The notes below the pieces were generated by a model that made no database searches, had not been told where the DNA came from, and was given only the letters and a program-made list of their open reading frames with translations. A stretch of DNA of 62,878 nt, filler included, from Pirum gemmata (lineage: Eukaryota), in the NCBI GenBank assembly GCA_002812295.1. It is 21 parts of 21 records of this genome, joined end to end, with 100 filler letters (N's around TTAATTAATTAA, not from the genome) between each part and the next. Parts side by side here need not be neighbours in the genome. Positions count along the whole stretch, not along the records: positions 35,918 to 38,832 come from PDIN01004193.1; positions 38,933 to 41,846 come from PDIN01004194.1; positions 41,947 to 44,837 come from PDIN01004195.1; positions 44,938 to 47,856 come from PDIN01004196.1; positions 47,957 to 50,907 come from PDIN01004197.1; positions 51,008 to 53,895 come from PDIN01004198.1; 15 more parts are not named here. One strand, given 5' to 3'. Positions within the stretch are counted from its first letter, which is position 1. Each line of letters begins with the position of its first letter. Shown piece by piece: positions 37,500-51,045 of the stretch. The translations under genes were made by a program, and so were the position numbers.

Positions 37500-38690
37500 T
37501 ATTGTCTAGCTCATTGATAGTTTGAGTCAATTCCTTTTTTTTTTTTAACCAAGCCAGACAAAAATGGCGGCACCAACCATATAAGCTCAAATCCAAAAAT
37601 CTCAAAAGACTCCAATTTAATAAAAGTACTACCAAAATTTGAGAAGTTTTATAACTAAGAAAACTCTATTATGAACCAATGGCTAGTTTTTAAAAATTAT
37701 TTGGTTAGTTAGCATTTAAATTTAGAAAAGAAGTCTAAAAATATGATTTCTACAGTTTTATCTGGCTTGACTATTAAAAAAAAAAAAAAAAACTTTTGAG
37801 CCTTTTGTCTACACCTTTTAATTTGTGTTAGGCTTTTGAGCGCAAACAAGATTTTTTTTAGTATCATATATACGCTATAAAATTTATATATTTTTAACTT
37901 ATGGGCCATACTCCGGCATGGCCCACGCAAATCATTTTGCTCAAAATCCAGAATCACATCTGAGGACCTAGAATGCCAATAATTATTCTCAGATAGCGAT
38001 CTGGATTTCAAAGATGATTCTTTGTCAGCTTTGTCATCAATTTTTTTAAAATTGTGGAAGAAGCACCACTTTTGTGCTATATTTCTTTTCTTTTTGTGTT
38101 TTTTTGGGGACAATGGGGTCGATCAAATACTACGTAACGCCAATTTCCAGTCAAATACAGCTTCAAATACCCTACCTACCTACCCCTCGACGTTAATTTC
38201 CGGTCAAACACCACCTACCTACCTATTCCTTGATGTGACGTATTATCTGAACGCTCCCATACATCATCGATGAAAGGATAGTAACTTTTAAATATTGTAC
38301 TAATAATATACTAAAAGTATAGTAAAGTACTTTTTCTGGAGAGATTCTAATTTTGTAGATTTTAGCTTTTTTTTTAAGTTGTGCACGGGATGGGGTATAG
38401 TTTTATACCAACATTCAAGCTGCTGGTAGCCCAAAACATAATATGCCCTTATGAATTTTTCCAAAACTTTTCAGATTATCATTTTTATACCTCAGATCTG
38501 TATTTTGATGTCTCAGATTAAGTTTTATAGTAGTTGTTCGGATTTTTTTTTTTCGACAACTTTTTATAGATAGAGTAGTACTGTTGACAGTTGGAGACTA
38601 GATAATTTTTGAGTAGTAGATTGTAGCTGCCAGTGTATCGCTGTGCCTGTGCGATCGGCGATCGCCTGTGCGACAAGGAAGCAGCTGCAA

Positions 38691-38732
<42 letters not shown>

Positions 38733-39281
38733 TTTGAGCCTTTTGTCTACACCTTTTAATTTGTGTTAGGCTTTTGAGCGCAAACAAGATTTTTTTTTGT
38801 ATCATATATACGCTATAAAATTTATATATTTTNNNNNNNNNNNNNNNNNNNNNNNNNNNNNNNNNNNNNNNNNNNNTTAATTAATTAANNNNNNNNNNNN
38901 NNNNNNNNNNNNNNNNNNNNNNNNNNNNNNNNTTATTATTATTATTATTATCGAAATAACTATAAGTAACAACAGTTACTACAATAACAACGTTGACACA
39001 TTAAATTTTGTAATAAGCATTCTATTAATTCATAATATACAATAATTATTATTGTGTACAATATATATTATATATAAAACGAAATGAAATTATGTTTTGC
39101 TAATTCTTTAAGATTTAGCATTTTACAATAAATAATATAATATTATAGTTATAATTATATAGTTATAATAGTTGTGAAAATTTAAAAATATGTATTCATC
39201 TAAATTTATAAAACAACAAAAACACATTATAAATATAAATTTAAATGATTAGGAAAAAAAAAAAAAAAATGAAAGAAGTAC

Positions 39282-40267
39282 CTAATTGTGAAAGAAGCAT
39301 ATCCTGTCTTATGGTCAACCGATAAGGATTTTTGATCAATAGAAATTTCCGAACAGTAACAAACTTCTGGAGTGGGTGTATTCGGGATAGATTTTACGTT
39401 TAATTTAATATTACACGTCTTTTTATTTCCTTTCGTATCAGTCGCACTAACAGTATGTTCTACTACTGTATCAGCCATGGTAACGTCCAACGTGATTTTT
39501 TCCCCAGTTAACTTGATATCCTTTTCTTCGTCACAATTGTCGGCCAAATTTGTGAAGGGAAAAGTAAAAGATTGGCTACAGGAATCCAAAGGGATGTCGA
39601 TTGACGAATCGGGACAATCAAAGGCTGGTGGTATTTTATCATTATTGCCAGAGCATTCGCACACAAGGTCTGTTAAATTCAGTTTTGTTAAATCGGAAAA
39701 ATCCTTGATATGTACAGGTTCTACTTCGGTGATGCAATCAATTAATTGATCTTGAAAATTACCGACAGCAATAATAACTAGAGTGACATTTGCATCAGTG
39801 AACAAAGTTTTGTACGGAGCGACAGCGTTACTACCACACACATTTTGATTTCCACCATTACACGAAACTGGTACCCCGTCTGTTACCAGAAAGGCCACAT
39901 TAGAACGATCAGTGGGATCATTTTGTTGAATGTTCTGCAACAAAGCATCCAAAGCATTTGCTGTACGAGTACATTTTTTTTCATAAACAACGTTGTCCAA
40001 GCTATAAGCAGGGGCAAAATCCCCTGATTTTGTAAATGGGTAGCTTTCTTTCACCGAGTTTGAAAATGTAGTAATACTAACATATTCATCCGTTTGCATG
40101 GACTTAATAATATTAGAAGTAAAATTTTTTTCTAAGGTAAAGTTTCCTTTTCCAACAGATCCAGAAGCGTCCAAAACAAAAGAATAATCCAACGGAATTA
40201 ATTGGCAACCACTGCAAACTGTGGTTGTAAGTAAAAATGAAATTAACGATCGTGTAGAGTAAAGCAT
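39282..40267 (-). CDS. Secreted von Willebrand factor A domain protein with a following HYR/Ig-like domain, first exon, 3'-partial
   Basis: Signal-peptide-like N-terminus; MIDAS elements DYSFVLDASGSV, T.TANAL and LVTDG; then DKIPPAFDCP...DNCD...SATDTKGNKKTC (HYR-like). Donor AG|GTACTT after 39282. Confidence 0.85.
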
Positions 40268-40657
40268 GGTTGTTATTTGAAAAAAATATGGCCTTATTGC
40301 TAGTTTGAATTTTTCTTAAGAAAACTCTGATATATTTATTGGTTTCTGATAATATTAGAAAAAAATTATTCTTATTTAGTTCTCCAACTGTACATTGACA
40401 GGTATTAATAAAAAATATTTTTATTTTTAAATTTTATTATAATTTTTTTTCTAAAAATTCCTATTTATATATATAATTATGATGAAATATATTATATAAG
40501 CTATTATATATTTTTTTTTAATTTTTTTTTTATTATGCATCTAATAATTATTAAAATCGCACATCGTCCTCAGTTAAGTACCTCTGATGTATACCATGGT
40601 GTCCCTTCGGTAGCGATTTGATCTAGCACCCTTTCCTTTTGTTTCAACATTTGACAG

Positions 40658-40714
40658 TGCTGCTGGCAGCGGATCGAACCGCTATCATAATCTTTAGGTT
40701 TTCAGACTCCACTC
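40658..40714 (-). other. tRNA-like 3' half (possible tRNA-Phe-derived SINE head or pseudogene)
   Basis: Minus strand has CTGAAAA (GAA anticodon-like loop), CCTAAAG and AGCGG-TTCGAT-CCGCT (B-box in a T-arm-like hairpin). No D-arm or acceptor stem is recognisable. Confidence 0.3.
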
Positions 40715-42538
40715 TTTTTTTTTTTCACTCTTCGGACTTCATGTGCAAAAGCAGTGCTCGAGTTCCTCATTGAAGAATCGTACTTTGCTCATAATATTAT
40801 CCCAGTGCACAAAATATGTATTAGACCTTCATGATCACCTCATACAAGACACTGTTTTATAAAATTTTTAATATAATATTATTATAGTTCAGTGGGTCTA
40901 GCTAGGTAGTTTTTTTATTCTTTTAATACCGATAATTTATTAGACTGTATTATAGACGTTAATTGTATTATTTACATTCTTAAATAGATTTCATATATGT
41001 GGAACCAGATGTGGGTCTTTCGACCCTTAGCATAATATATATAATTATGTATAGGGTGATAAAATAGAAGTAAATATACATATATATAATTATATTATAT
41101 ATTATATGAGTTATTATGTATAGGGTCATAGCTGGGTCATAAAATACAGATAAATATACATTATATATACATAGTATGGTCTGTTACTGGTACACTACAC
41201 CTGCTGAGTGGCACAAGAGTGACATCTATCTGAAGAAAATTCATGTTTAATCTACAAAAACAAAACAAAAAAGTTAGGGTTAGTCTACTTAAAAAATATT
41301 GATGTAATTATGTTAGTAATTTATGTAGCTATTTATTATGTATTATTAAATTTTTCAAGGACTTCAAAAAAAAAAATTGAAGTCCTTGAATTTTTCTAAA
41401 AAAAAAAAAATATAAAAAAAAAAACAGTTTTACATTGTCAAGATGGGTTATTGCAGCATGACATCTCACATAACTGTCATATCCAACAGACTACCAGTAT
41501 ACAGTGTAATATAATCGTGCTTTTTAATTTTTAAAATAGTGTTGTACAGTTCAAAAACTGAAATAATCGTACCAAATTATTATTATGGTTAAATTATAAG
41601 ACATGTTTTAATTAATTTAGTATAGATAAGTTCAACTTAATTAAACAGTACCAAATTACCAAATTAAAGATTGAGAGGACAACTGTAATGATATAATAAT
41701 AATTATTATTATAATAATATTAATATTATATCGATAATAAAATTTAATAATGTATCAACAGTATCATGTAACCACATTTTCAAAACACGGTACCCTCAAA
41801 ATATTGTGGGCTCTTTTAATTTTTTGTTCTATTTTTTTTTTGTATTNNNNNNNNNNNNNNNNNNNNNNNNNNNNNNNNNNNNNNNNNNNNTTAATTAATT
41901 AANNNNNNNNNNNNNNNNNNNNNNNNNNNNNNNNNNNNNNNNNNNNCCAAATAATTTCGAGAACAGAGTAACAAATTATATTTTCAAGTGGACAATGCAA
42001 CGTTAGACAATATCAAAAACGCGTATGTATGCTCCTAACTTTAAAAGCATATATATTACGTAGAGATGTATTGCGAAATGTTTACATATTCATATATTCA
42101 TGCACTCTTTTGTATACTAACTAAGTACTAACTAGCTAATTATTTTAAAATGTAATAAATGCAATTGAACAGCAAAACACTATAATTTGAAAAAAAAAAA
42201 TTATTCAAATTTATTAATAATAATAACTATAACAATAAAATAATAATAATAATAATAATAATACAAAATACAAAATAATTAACAACATAAATAAAAAGTA
42301 ATAAATAATAAAAAAAATAAAAAAAACAAAAAACAAAAACAAAAAATTCAAAATAATAAATAAAAAAGGATTAACAATCTTAAACAAAATATAAATAATA
42401 AAATGTAATATATAATATTTGACAAATAATAAATAATAAATAATGAATAATGAATAATGAATAATAAATAAATAAATAAATAAATAAAACTTAAAACTTA
42501 AAGTAACAAAACTGAAAATCAACAAAGATAACAATAAC

Positions 42539-42587
<49 letters not shown>

Positions 42588-44959
42588 TAACAAACATAAC
42601 TAATGCCAACGAGCCAACTAAACATTTTACAGGTAAAAAACAAAGTAATTAATAACAACTACAATTTCAAAAGCAATACATAACAATAAAAACAAATAAT
42701 ACAAAACAATAATAAAAACAATAAAAACAATAAAAAAAAATAATTACAATATACAAATAACCAGAACCAACCTTAACATATATTGCAAATTACATTAATA
42801 TATAGCTACAAAAACACTCAAGTATTCACCAAAATATAAACAAATATACAATTGTAAACAAAGAAATCCTTAATTCCACATTTTTTTAAAAAAAACCACT
42901 AAATGATAACAATAGACACAAATAAAACACGTAGATATGAAAAAAATATATAATAATAATAATGATAATGGTAATGGTAATGATAATGGTAATAGTAATA
43001 ATAATAAGTTATAAATTTCTTCCATTTTAAGTAAGTTCTTAGCTTTTTTTGTAAACATAAGACTAACAAAACAAGGTTTTCTTTTTTTAGTTATTTATAT
43101 ACTATATATAGGTTTAGCTAATTACCTCTTTACCTAACTCTAACCCTAAAGGCCCCTAACCCTAACCCTAGTTTCCCTACTACTAACCCTAACCCTAACC
43201 CTAACCCTAACCCTAACCCTAACCCTAGTCGTATATACTATATATAGGTTTGACTAATTGCAATTTTACATATCAAGTAAGTTCTTTCCTTTTTTTGTAA
43301 ACGTAAGATTAACAAATAAAATTTCTTTTTTTAGTTATTTATATATTAACCCCAATTTCCAGTCAAATACAGCTTCAAATACTCCTACCCACCTGCCCCT
43401 CGACGTTTAATTTCCGGCCAAATACCACCTACCTACCTACCCCTTGACGTGACGTATTATTTGAACGCTCCTTAATTACCTCTTTCCAAACATAAGATTA
43501 ACAAAAGTAAAATGTCTTTTTTTAGTTATTTATATACTATTTATAGGTTTTATTTTTTGGATTGGCTACTGCTAGTAGCTAGTTATAACTTTTTTGTTAT
43601 TAGCATTTTTTTTTTGTTTTTTTCCTTTTTATTATTATTATTAGTTCAAATACTACATAACACCAATTTCCGGTCAAATACAGCTTCAAATACCCCTACC
43701 TACCTACCCCTTGACGTTAATTTCCAGTCAAATACCGCCTACCTACCCTCCCCTTGACGTGACTCCCTTATATGTTATTATTTTTTAAAAAATTAAAAAT
43801 AATAAATATTATGAAAAAAAATTGTTAGAGGCGTTTAGATGATTTAAAGAGAGTTTAGCCTTCTCTGACCCTTTCTTTTTTTTTTTTGACAGATTCGTTC
43901 GAAAAATATTTAGAACAAACGAGCAATAAATTGACGACATAATACCTTTCATAAGTTTAAAAATTAAATTTTACTATATGAGAAGGGAATTTTTATTTTT
44001 GTTCAATAAAAGATAATTTATAGTAATATGAAAAAAAATTGTTAGTAACATTTAGGTGATATCGACTTCTCTGTTTTTTTTTTCTTTTTTTTTTTTTTTT
44101 TTTTTTTTAGTGGGTTTTTTTTTTTTTTTTATTTTTCTTAGCTTTTTTTTTTTTTTTAAACTACCAAATTAAATTTACACTATCAAAATGACGTCATTTC
44201 CTTTCTCTAATACTAAAAAACAAAATTTGCAATATTAAAGGGAGTTAATATTGAATTACTATAACCTACCCGTTTTGAGTATTTTCGGCATATTTTAAAA
44301 TTTTTCATTTTTTTTGGGAGACGGAAAAACGAGTCATTCGAAATCTCTCTTTTTTTTTTTGCAATATTTTTTTGCAATATTTTTTTGCAATATTACTTTA
44401 TTTAGTCAGTAGATTCGAGTTTTTCTTTAGTTCAAAAATTGAAATAAACATACCAAATTATTTATTATGGTTAACTTTTTGACACTTTTTAATTAATTTG
44501 GTATGTTTTATATAATAAAATATTTTATAAAAAGGTTCAATTGTACACTTAAACAGTACCAAATTAAAGATTGAGAGATATCTCCTTTATTCACTAATAG
44601 CGAGCGACAACTCTTTTTTTAGTCTATTTTAATTTTTTTTTTACTTAACTATCATACTACTGGCTAAAACTGAAAGCCAACATACCCGATTAATAAAACA
44701 TGCCCAATTAATAATAAAATTTAGTAAAAAAGTACCAATAAAAGTATCCATTTAATTAAAAATTAACAAAATTTTGACCAGTTTTTGTTTTATCTGTTGG
44801 GTAATTTTTCTAGGGCTTTTTTTTTTTTTTTTTTTTTNNNNNNNNNNNNNNNNNNNNNNNNNNNNNNNNNNNNNNNNNNNNTTAATTAATTAANNNNNNN
44901 NNNNNNNNNNNNNNNNNNNNNNNNNNNNNNNNNNNNNATAATAATAATTATTATTATAA

Positions 44960-44990
<31 letters not shown>

Positions 44991-45566
44991 TACGATAATA
45001 ATATAATAATAGACTAGTCCTATCGCTAGCTAGCTAGCTAGCTAGAGTCCTATCGATAGTCTTTGATAACGATGTAGGTGGAACCCACTTCAACCAGCTG
45101 ACTTCAACCCCTTCAACCCCTAGTAGCTAGGGGTTAGTTAGGGGTTAGGGTTAGGGTTAGGGTTAGCCTTCAAACCAGTCTATCTCAGTCTATAGACTAG
45201 CCACTGGGCCTAGCCACTGGGTAAACCGGTAGCCACAGCAAGTAATTAAAAAATGCCTGTGATTGGTTACTTTTATTTTCTTCTGTGCAAATAAAATATA
45301 AAAACTACCAAATTAAAATTATTATGAAAGTAATACACTAAGAACTATAGTAACGTTATGTATTTAGTGTATCTTTTGCTACCAAAAATATTATTAAAAC
45401 ATACCAAAATATTTATTAAAAAACCATCTCTTGTTGGTTGCAAAACCTCTATAGTTTCGAACTGGGTTTCGAGCCTATTTAATATTTAGAGGGGTATTAA
45501 ACCTTAGCTCGTTTTATCGATATCACATATATAGTAGTCTATATACTATATAGAGTTTTTTAAATA

Positions 45567-45756
45567 TCGTCTATTTCATTACAACTGTCCTCTCAATCTT
45601 TAATTTGGTACTTTTTAAGTGTAGAATTGAACTGTTTTATAAAATGAAACATTAAGTATAAAATACCAAATTAATCAAAACGTGTCCGATAGTTTAAACA
45701 TAATAATAATTTGGTAAGTTTTATTTCAGTTTTTGAACTACTATTGAAAAACACAA
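45567..45756 (+). mobile_element. MITE family B (TIR related to family A)
   Basis: TA|TCGTCTATTTCA...TGAAAAACACAA. Related copies at about 19075-19160, 22960-23048, 33198-33283, 41515-41695, 44430-44580 and 51745-51852. Confidence 0.7.
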
Positions 45757-46099
45757 TTTATAGCTAGGACCTTTTCTGGTAGTCTATTGGTGCTTTTAAT
45801 TAAATGAAAAGACGATGGAGGGGTCTTCGAGCCAAGTTCGAGGGGTCTTGTGATGTACGTAGGTAGACTATTGTTATATTTTTTTTTCGTTTTGGGTTAG
45901 GGTTAGGGTTAGGGTTAGGGTTAGGGTTAGGGTTAGGGTTAGGGTTAGGGTTAGGGTTATAAATTAATTAGGGTTAAGGTTAATTTTATAAGGTTAGGGC
46001 TGAGGGTTAGGGTTAGGGTTAGGGCTGAGGGTTAGGGTTAAGGTTAACCTCTCTAGCTAGCATTGATATCACGATAATTGTTATATAATATAATTGTTA

Positions 46100-46313
46100 G
46101 CTTCGCTACTAAAGAATATAAGGGTCACGTCTAATAAGCCCTGTCTTTGCAGTCTTTTAATGCTTCTCCTTCTTTTTTATGTTCTTCTAACCGTTGGGCT
46201 TGTAATGTTAATGGCATATGTACAAGTGAACTGGGACAGTAATGCGATAACTCGTGTTGATTTTCTAGCGCTTGGAGTCTTACTATAACTCTTATATTCT
46301 TTAGTAGCGAAGC
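46100..46313. mobile_element. MITE family E, 214 bp, 23-bp perfect TIR, TA target duplication
   Basis: TA|GCTTCGCTACTAAAGAATATAAG ... CTTATATTCTTTAGTAGCGAAGC|TA. Confidence 0.85.
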
Positions 46314-46979
46314 TAGCAAGAAATAGTTTTATCCTCTCTCCAAAGATCGTGGTATAACTATTACCAAACTACTAAACTTGTAGTCGCAATGAGCTTCCAC
46401 AACTATATGCTACTTCTTCTTCTTCTATTACTTCTTCTTCTTCTTCTTCTACTACTACTACATCTTCATCAACCCACTCATCATCATCCTCTTCTTCAAC
46501 TATAATAATAGCATCATCATCCCAGCTGTTTTCATCCAAAACAAACAGTTGTTGTTGCTTAACTACCAAACTGACCATTATCTTTTCGCTCTTGGTTTGA
46601 CTTTCTTCTTTTTGCTGTAGCAGATATCTAGAAGGTTTTTTCGGCGCCATGATAAAATTTAATGTAAAAAGTACCGAAATCCAATGCAACAGTGAATGTA
46701 AATAAACAACTATGATATAATATCATATATGATAAACGATCAAAATCAAAGTATGCTAAACAAACAGGTTAGGGTTAAGGTTAGGGTTAGGGTTAGGGTT
46801 AGGGTTAGGGTTAGGGTTAGGGTTAGGGTTAGGGTTAGGGTTTGATTTTAGTCATAATTTTTTATTATAATAGGGATGTAAGGTAACAGTTAAGTATTCA
46901 AGCCCAAATCCGATTCTTATTTCGTTTTATACTTGTCGTAGCTTCTCCAATTCTGAGTGACGAAATAAATGAAATGCAC

Positions 46980-47856
46980 GATAAAAATCGAGTTTTCGAG
47001 CCTATGCATTAATTAAATAAGTTCGAAAATCTTAAAACTTACAGTTAAATATTCAAGTATATTAAATCGAGTTTTCGAGCTTATGCATTAATTAAATAAG
47101 TTCGAACATTTTAAGCTAACAATTAAGTATTCAAATATATTTATTTATTTATGAACCCGAAAAAATGAAATTTTTTTTTTTCGAACAGGGCTGAATTTCG
47201 GCTTTTTTTTCAACAGCAGAAATTCGAGTTTTCGGGCTCTAGCAGAATTGGGAGAGGCTTACTGGTTTAGGCTTCTCCCAATTCTGCTCTGTTTAAAAAT
47301 CAAGATTTCGAGTTTATATATTAATTAATAAGTTCGAAATGTTTAAGCTTACAATCAAGTATTCAAATATATTTATTTATTAAAAAACCCGAAAAATACG
47401 AAAAAAAAATATTTTTCGAACGGAGCTGAATTTTGGNNNNNNNNNNNNNNNNNNNNNNNNNNNNNNNNNNNNNNNNNNNNNNNNNNNNNNNNNNNNNNNN
47501 NNNNNNNNNNNNNNNNNNNNNNNNNNNNNNNNNNNNNNNNNNNNNNNNNNNNNNNNNNAAAATAATACGTCACGTCAAGGGGTAGGTAGGTAGGTGGTAT
47601 TTGACCGGAAAATAACGTCGAGGGGTAGGTAGGTAGGGGTATTTGAAGCTGTGTTTGACTGGAAATTGGCGTAAAAAAGGGAAGCGCTTTTTTCAAAAAA
47701 AGATTTCAATTGGTTCGGAGCACATGATAACTATAGGCCTCTCCCAATTCTGCTCAAGCCCGAAAACTCGAATTTCTGCTGTCAAAAAAAACAAAATTCA
47801 GCTCCGTTCGAAAAATATTTTTTTTTCGTATTTTTCGGGTTTTTTAATAAATAAAT
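46980..47856. repeat. Complex direct and inverted repeat cluster with a nested MITE C copy (47559-47672)
   Basis: CGAGTTTTCGAGC..ATTAATTAAATAAGTTCGAA units occur three times; hairpin GCAGAATTGGGAGAGGCTTA-ctggtt-TAGGCTTCTCCCAATTCTGC; 47371-47434 is inverted at 47793-47856. Confidence 0.7.
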
Positions 47857-47999
47857 NNNNNNNNNNNNNNNNNNNNNNNNNNNNNNNNNNNNNNNNNNNN
47901 TTAATTAATTAANNNNNNNNNNNNNNNNNNNNNNNNNNNNNNNNNNNNNNNNNNNNTTTTCCAACACACGTAAAAATGAGAAATGAGATAATCTATTAT

Positions 48000-50760
48000 A
48001 GCTGCAATAAATTCTGCTTCGTTTTGTTGTATTGTTAAAAATCTTTCCAATCTACTACTGCGTTATTGTATAGTGTGTAGTATCCTATTGTAGTCTTATC
48101 GCCCGGTAGGTCGGCCATTGAGGAATCGGTATATAAAATTAATTTGTCGTTGTTATGTGTGTTACGTCTGGTCGTGTACTATCCGCTAGGTATCGTATGA
48201 TTACGATGTACATTAGAAATAGTTTGAGTAATCGTTTGGATACGTGGTGGTTGTTGTGCGCTGATTGTTTGTTGAGGTTTACAAATGTGGTTGCCATTGG
48301 TGTGCTTATTTTTGTGTTAATTGGTATTCGAAGTTGTTTTATAACGTTCTGTATGTATTGTTGCTGGTGTATTTTCATACGGGTCTCACTTTGCTTTATT
48401 TCCATGCCGATTATGACCTGTGCTTCTCCTAAGTGTTTCAGTGGGTACTGTTTGTTGATGGCGTATATCAGTGTAGTGTCTGGTCCACATTTGTAAATCT
48501 CGTCTACATACAATCCTACTGCCGTTTTGCCATCGGGTGATATCGCTATGCATGATTCTACTGGGTATATGTTATAGTTGTGTTGTCGTATTACATTACT
48601 CATGCTTTGATTAAAGAGCATGGATGCGTCACGCTTGCCGTACATAGCTACTCCGACCTGTATTGCACGGGTCGTAATGTCGTGCTAGTAATGGTTGCTG
48701 TTCTGGTGATAGCTGTTCTTTGATTAAGTACATGCCTTGGGGGATATTGATGTATGTTGGGGTTGGTGTTGGTGTATGTAAGAATGCGTTGGAGATATCG
48801 TAATGCTGAATTCGTTGATTTATATTGGCCGAATGTGCTATGAGTGTGCGTGTTGCTTCACGGGGTAGTACCGTACTGTTTGATTTTTATTGCCCATATT
48901 GTGCTGTACGTGTGTTCGTCGTCGGGAACGGATTTCCTATCCACTATTCGGAATTTTTCGTTTAACTTGATGTACGCGCTGAATTCGCTAACTATTGCTT
49001 CGATATATTGTTCCTTGTCAGGTTGATTGATTGCTTCTGTAAATGTAAGATGTGCGTTATAGTTGGTTTGTTCTGGTAATTCTATCATTTGTGTTGCTGG
49101 TGTGGTGTGTTGTGTTTGTTCTTTGTGTGATGCTGTGAATGTTTGTGCACAGTATGCATGGTTTTTTGTCAGCGATACTTCATTGTATGTTATCCCTGAT
49201 GGGTGTATTCGTGGTGATTTGCAAATGTGTTGCTGCTGTTGCTGCTGTTGCTGCTGTTACTGTTGTTGCTGTGGTGGTGTTGTTGCTGTTGGTGCTGGTG
49301 TGAGTGCTGATAGTGTGGGTGCTGATGTTGTTTGTGCTGATGGTGTGGGAGTTAATGGTGTTGGTGGTGTGGATGCTGATGCAGGTGTGTTGTGTTGTTT
49401 TTGTAACTGTTGTTGTTGTTGTTGTTGTTGTCGTCGTGTGTTGATGTTGGTCATCGTGACTTCGCTGTAGTTGTGTGTTCTGTTTGTGTTGCGTTGTGAG
49501 TGTCGTCGTTGTTCGTTCGTTGAGTTGTGTTGATAGGTGTGGTTATCGTAATCGTTATCGTCATCGTCGTTATGGTTGTCGTTGATCGTGTATGGAAATA
49601 GTGGTAGGTATGGGTTGTTGTAATATGGATTGTTATAGTGATGTCGTGTATGTAGTGGTTGTGTTTGTGGTTGTTGTGGTTGTTGTTGTTGTTATTGTTG
49701 TTTTTGTTGTGGTTGTTGTGGTTGGTTTTGTAACATGTTGTTGTGGTTGTGGGTGCCAATGTTGTATGTGTTGCTGATGTAGTTGTTGCAATTACTGTTG
49801 TAATGTGTTTCTGTCGTTCTTTGTGTATGTCATCGGATAGAGTGTTGGAAATATGACTACCAATCTTGATCTTATCATTTGTTTTGTCTTGATGTTGAGT
49901 AAGAGATATTCGTCGTCAGTGGAGTCTAGTGGTGTGCCCATTATGATGCATTCGATTTCTCGATAATTTGACTTAGGTTTTTTTTTTTCACGAGGATCAT
50001 GAGCCAATGCGCTGCAGCCTAATGGTCTATATGTATCGATTCTTCTGCTGTGACGTAAGCCCCATTGTTCGTTACAAATTATGTTATACTTTTTTGTTGG
50101 GTATGTTGTTCAGAATAAAGATTGCGTCGTCCATTGCGAACGGCCATGATGTTTTCGGTAAACCTGAGTTCTGTAGTAGAAATCTGGTTATGTCACCAAT
50201 TGTTTGATCTCATGGTGTTGTTATATAATTCTGTGCCTTGGTCAACTATTACTTGTTGTATGGGTACTGGTGCTTGTGGGTTGGTGATTCGTATGTCGGT
50301 TATGACTTTGTTGTGATCGGTTATGAAGTTGATTATGTTGTTTGTTATGGATTTTTTGTTCGTGTGATACAGTTTATATTTTTTTCTGGTGCGGGAGTCG
50401 ATGATGATTGTTATGTATTTGTATTTTTGCGGTTGTGATACTATATCCCAGGTGTATGTATCAATATATACATACTACTTGTCCTCGNTCGTGTGTGGCA
50501 TACTGATTTGACTGGTTTCTTCTTCATTTTTGTTTGTGCACATGTGTAGTAATAGATTTTAAAAAATTTATCAGTATTCTATTATGTAGCATTGTTTCGT
50601 TAAGAATTTGTTTATGTTAGGTATTATGGATTCAAGTTTATCGTGGGATAGGTGGCCGAACATGTAATGTTTGCATGGGATGCCTTGTTCTATGTCATTG
50701 GGATCATGTATTTTCGGTGGTTTACTTATATCGATTGTGTTGCTGATTAAGTACATTGTA
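48000..50760 (-). mobile_element. Degenerate Ty1/copia LTR retrotransposon pol region
   Basis: Copia domain order across frameshifts and stops: HYMFGHLS (pre-integrase), TWDIVS...YITIIIDSRTRK and VIVDQGTELY (integrase), LPKTSWPFAM, SH3-like ECIIMG...IRSRLVVIF, RT (TFTEAI..., YDISNAFLH, MYGKRDA, LYVDEI, TRPDV) and RNase H start YTDSSMAD...KTTIGY. Confidence 0.9.
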
Positions 50761-50873
50761 TTGTGTTCTTTATTGTTGGAATTTGTATTATTATTTACAT
50801 TTTTGTCGTTGTTTTGTGCTGTACAAGGGATGCTTAGTTTGTACTATTGATGAAGGTTAATAGAATACTGATA

Positions 50874-50907
<34 letters not shown>

Positions 50908-51008
50908 NNNNNNNNNNNNNNNNNNNNNNNNNNNNNNNNNNNNNNNNNNNNTTAATTAATTAANNNNNNNNNNNNNNNNNNNNNNNNNNNNNNNNNNNNN
51001 NNNNNNNA

Positions 51009-51045
<37 letters not shown>

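Noticed and set aside
37775..38832. Direct repeat of about 115 bp (37775-37893 and 38714-38832) as possible LTRs
   Set aside because: No TG...CA ends, primer-binding site or coding interior; the second copy is cut by the fragment end.
46094..46319. Two opposite ORFs both starting MLASLLKNIRV
   Set aside because: Produced by the TIRs of MITE E.
46372..46650. Acidic ORF beginning MAPKKPSRY
   Set aside because: Short and low complexity, lying between a MITE and a telomeric tract; no family motif recognised.
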